From assembly GCF_964213995.1 (NCBI RefSeq), contig NW_027590182.1:1-64000 (forward strand): a stretch of 64,000 bases of DNA, written 5' to 3'. A model generated the notes under the pieces. The model ran no database searches, was not told the origin of the DNA, and saw nothing but the letters and a program-made list of their open reading frames with translations. Shown piece by piece: positions 61,088 to 64,000 of the stretch. The position numbers and the translations under genes are program-made. Every line of letters starts with the position of its first letter. Position 1 is the first letter of the stretch. The stretch is from Mustelus asterias. Its lineage: Eukaryota.

Positions 61088-61421
61088 GGCGGCACGGTAG
61101 GACAGCGGTTAGCACTGCTGCTTCACAGCTCCAGGGTCCCAGGTTCGATTCCCGGCTCGGGTCACTGTCTGTGTGGAGTTTGTACATTCTCCTCGTGTCT
61201 GCGTGGGTTTCCTCCGGGTGCTCCGGTTTCCTCTCACAGTCCAAAGATGTGCGGGTTAGGTTGATTGGCCAGGTGAAAAATTGTCCCTTAGAGTCCTGAG
61301 ATGCGTAGGTTAGAGGGATTAGCAGGTAAATATGTGGGGGTAGGGCCTGGGTGGGATTGTGGTCGGTGCAGACTCGATGGGCCGACTGGCCTCCCTCTGC
61401 ACTGTCGGGTTTCTATGATTT
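61088..61421 (+). mobile_element. HE1-type V-SINE, full length and young
   Basis: Intact A/B-box head (gggcggcacggtaggacagcggttagcactgctgc...ggttcgattcccggc), V domain and tail ending ttctatgatttct. Confidence 0.9.
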
Positions 61422-64000
61422 CTGTCGTATTTTAGGTGGTTGGGGGGAGGTAGTTGTTGAGGTGGTGTGTATTGGGGGAAGGGGAGGTTCGGTTGGGGTT
61501 TATGTATTTCTGTGCGTTTGGGATGGATCTTAAGGTAATACGTGCGCTGGAGAGATTTTTGTGGGTTTCCTGGCTGGGGAGGTTTTGTGTCCTTTGCTGA
61601 GTCAGACTCTGATTTTTTCCGGGGGGCGGGGGGTGGGGCGGTGGGGGCGGGGGGTGAGGGGGGAGGTTGGTAGTTGCAGGTGGTTACTGAGGGGAGCTCA
61701 GAAGGCGGGGAGAAACATTCCTGGGGCTTTCCTGATCGGGAAATTGGGGGGTATGTTGTGGATTGAAGGGTGGTTTGTTTTCTTCCCACGTCTTGACACT
61801 TTCGCTTCCCCTTTGTGTCTGCAAGAGTGGGCGGGGTGAGCGGGCTCCCGGACCTGTTGCGATGGAGTTACCTTTTATTTGTGAGTGTTTTATGTTGTGG
61901 TGGGCAGGATGGTGTTGTGTGGATTCGGGTAGTCTCTGCCGGATTGGTGTGAAGGCATAGTTTGGCAGAGCGAAGGAGTCTAGGGACATCCTCGTTTATT
62001 TGAATGGTTTTTGAGTTTGGCATGAGGCAAGAACTTCCGGCAGTACAAAAATGACTTCTTTGACCAGTTAGTTACTTCTTGATTAGTATCCAATAGGCTT
62101 ACATTAACGATGCAATTAAGTTACTGTGAAAGGGTACACTGAGGGATAATTTATCACGGACAATCCACATAAAATACATATCTTTGGAGTGTGGGAGGAA
62201 ACCTGAGCACCTGGAGGAAACCCACGCAAACACGGGGAGAACGTGCGAACTCCGCACAGTGTTCCAAGTCAAGAGTTTAGCCCGGTCTTTGACGCTGTGA
62301 GGCAGCAGTGCCTACCGCTGTGTCACTGTCCCGGCCCATAAATTAATGATTTCACATGTATTTTATTATTTTAAAGTGATCCAGTGGGTTCGTTTTTGCC
62401 CTTGTTCGGCGAGTTTCTTTTGTCAGTGATAGTGTGTTACACTGTGTCCAGAGTTGTTTCCATTGTTCAAGGTGATTCAGGGAATATAGACATCCGCCTG
62501 TTTAAGGGAGTGCCCTTTTCTTAGTTGGACGAGTCATCCTGTGTCCAGCTTTCTCCTATTGTTTCCGGTGATCGAATACTTAATGATTTGCATTTTTCCG
62601 AGACCTGCCCGTGGATTGTACAGAGTCGCGATGTGGCCAGTGTGTCCTCCATTTTATACCTTGCTTGAAAAAATGCAGATTTATATTTTGGTTTAGTGGT
62701 TTACCCTTCTCCAAGTGGATTATTTCGACCCTTCTAACAGGTCCCGATGTGTTTTGGATTACCTCCATTGATTAAGGTGAACCTATATCAATCCACGGAC
62801 CGTGTCCAGGACACCGTCCAAGAGTCTTTATTTTTGTGTGGATGGAGAAGATTCACTCACCCTAGGGCTGCAGGGATCGAGACCAGATTAAGCTGAGGTT
62901 CATTTAGCTCCCATTCGTCTCACTTCCAAGGCTGGCTGTGAATAGCGTCTGGCCATTCTTACCTTTCCTCTCCAGTCCCAACTGGGGTTTAATCTTGCTT
63001 ATTTAGTTTTCATCCCGACCGGTTTCGCTGCTTCCTTACGCTTCATCAAGAGCAGGGAGAGTTGTTCTCACAGTCCTGTCTGCTTTTCGTCGCCGTTTTC
63101 GGATAGTGTTTCGTCCAGCAGTTTTGGGGTGAGTGAGTATTCTGTGTTCAGCTCGTGTTCCTTGCTACCTCTGCGGGTAAAGGAAGTTTCCCCTCTCGAC
63201 CTGTCCTATATATGGGCTTAAATATCGCCCCTTCTTGTCCTCGAGTGACAGGAAGCTGTTGCAACTCATTGGTTCTCTGTGGGTTTGGAATTCGCCCCCT
63301 TCCATTCATTGACTGCAAGGGAAACGGTGTGCTGTGTTCTCAGTTTTGTGTTCCCTCAATCTATGGTTCTGGGGTTCGGGCGGGTTGAGGATTTTTTTTC
63401 TTGAGTGGGCGGGTGTTTGGTTTCGAATCTCTGTTGTCCCCTTATGTACTGTGTGGTACCCCTTTTAATCTTTTGGTTCCTGGGTCAGTCCTTGCGTGCC
63501 ATTGCTGGTGTTTGTGGAGGAGGGATTCTCCTTTTTTCCCCTGTGATATTTTATGCCGGTGGTGGGCTTTTGGTCTCTTTTTGGAGGTTTTGACAGTTTC
63601 TGGCGGTGGATAAGTCTTCAGGTGTGGTTGCCTATCGTCCTTGTATAGGTTCTGTTCAGGGGGTAAGGGGGAGAAGCTTCTTCCTGTTTCTTCTTATTGA
63701 TTCGTGAGGGGGGAAGTGGGAGAGTCGAGGTGGACAAGGCAGAGGGTTGTTGGGGCGTTTTTGGTAATGGTGTAGGGCTTGGGTAGAAGGGTTTTATTTA
63801 TGGGGCAGGGTTTTTTTGACGGTTTTGGGTACGTGTAGTGTTATGGGGGGCGGGTTGGGAGCTTGGGGAAGTGCGTGGAATCATCTGGGTGGTGTTGGGT
63901 TCTGGGGGATGCAATGAATCTTTTTGTCTGTTGGTTCGGGAGAGGTTAGTCTCTGTCCACGAGGTTGTTTGCTTCTTAAATGGGTTTTTTTTTTGTTTTG
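61422..64000 (-). mobile_element. Possible degenerate L1/Tx1-like element 5' region
   Basis: Strong strand bias (G/T-rich on +, A/C-rich on -) with short K/P/T-rich reading frames; no intact diagnostic motif seen. Confidence 0.3.
62095..62337 (-). mobile_element. HE1-type V-SINE (short variant)
   Basis: Reverse strand gggccgggacagtgacacagcggtaggcactgctgcctcacagc...ctgtgcggagttcgcacgttctccccgtgtttgcgtgggtttcctcc. Confidence 0.82.

Overview
Eukaryotic genomic DNA from a cartilaginous fish (inferred from HE1-type V-SINEs, shark-type CR1 LINE tails and shark-like TCR V genes). About 1-13 kb is part of a T-cell receptor alpha/delta-type V-segment array. It holds five recognisable V segments in mixed orientation with 22-24 bp-spacer RSSs; four are clearly pseudogenes and one has an open but FR3-deleted V exon. 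CTCF-like motifs and CR1 insertions lie between them. About 14-59 kb is a decaying, segmentally duplicated tRNA gene cluster (Gln, Glu, Leu, Ile, Asn, Val, Lys, Pro): a few intact genes and many pseudogenes, in two long direct copies plus a partial direct and an inverted copy. It is interspersed with CR1, Rex1/Babar and Penelope-like retroelements, the last with hammerhead ribozyme cores. The most unusual object is a tandem pair of ~300-340 bp TSD-flanked retroposons (one with a clear poly(A) tail) whose 5' end is the first ~39 nt of U2 snRNA and whose body is a chain of conserved hairpins (17772-18432). Also notable are an intron-containing tRNA-Pro(TGG) family, a V gene with an intronless leader, and a CTCF site just downstream of a hidden V-RSS. 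Most ORFs in the supplied track are retroelement fragments or noise. All alignments and family assignments were made by eye from memory of consensus sequences; no searches were run.
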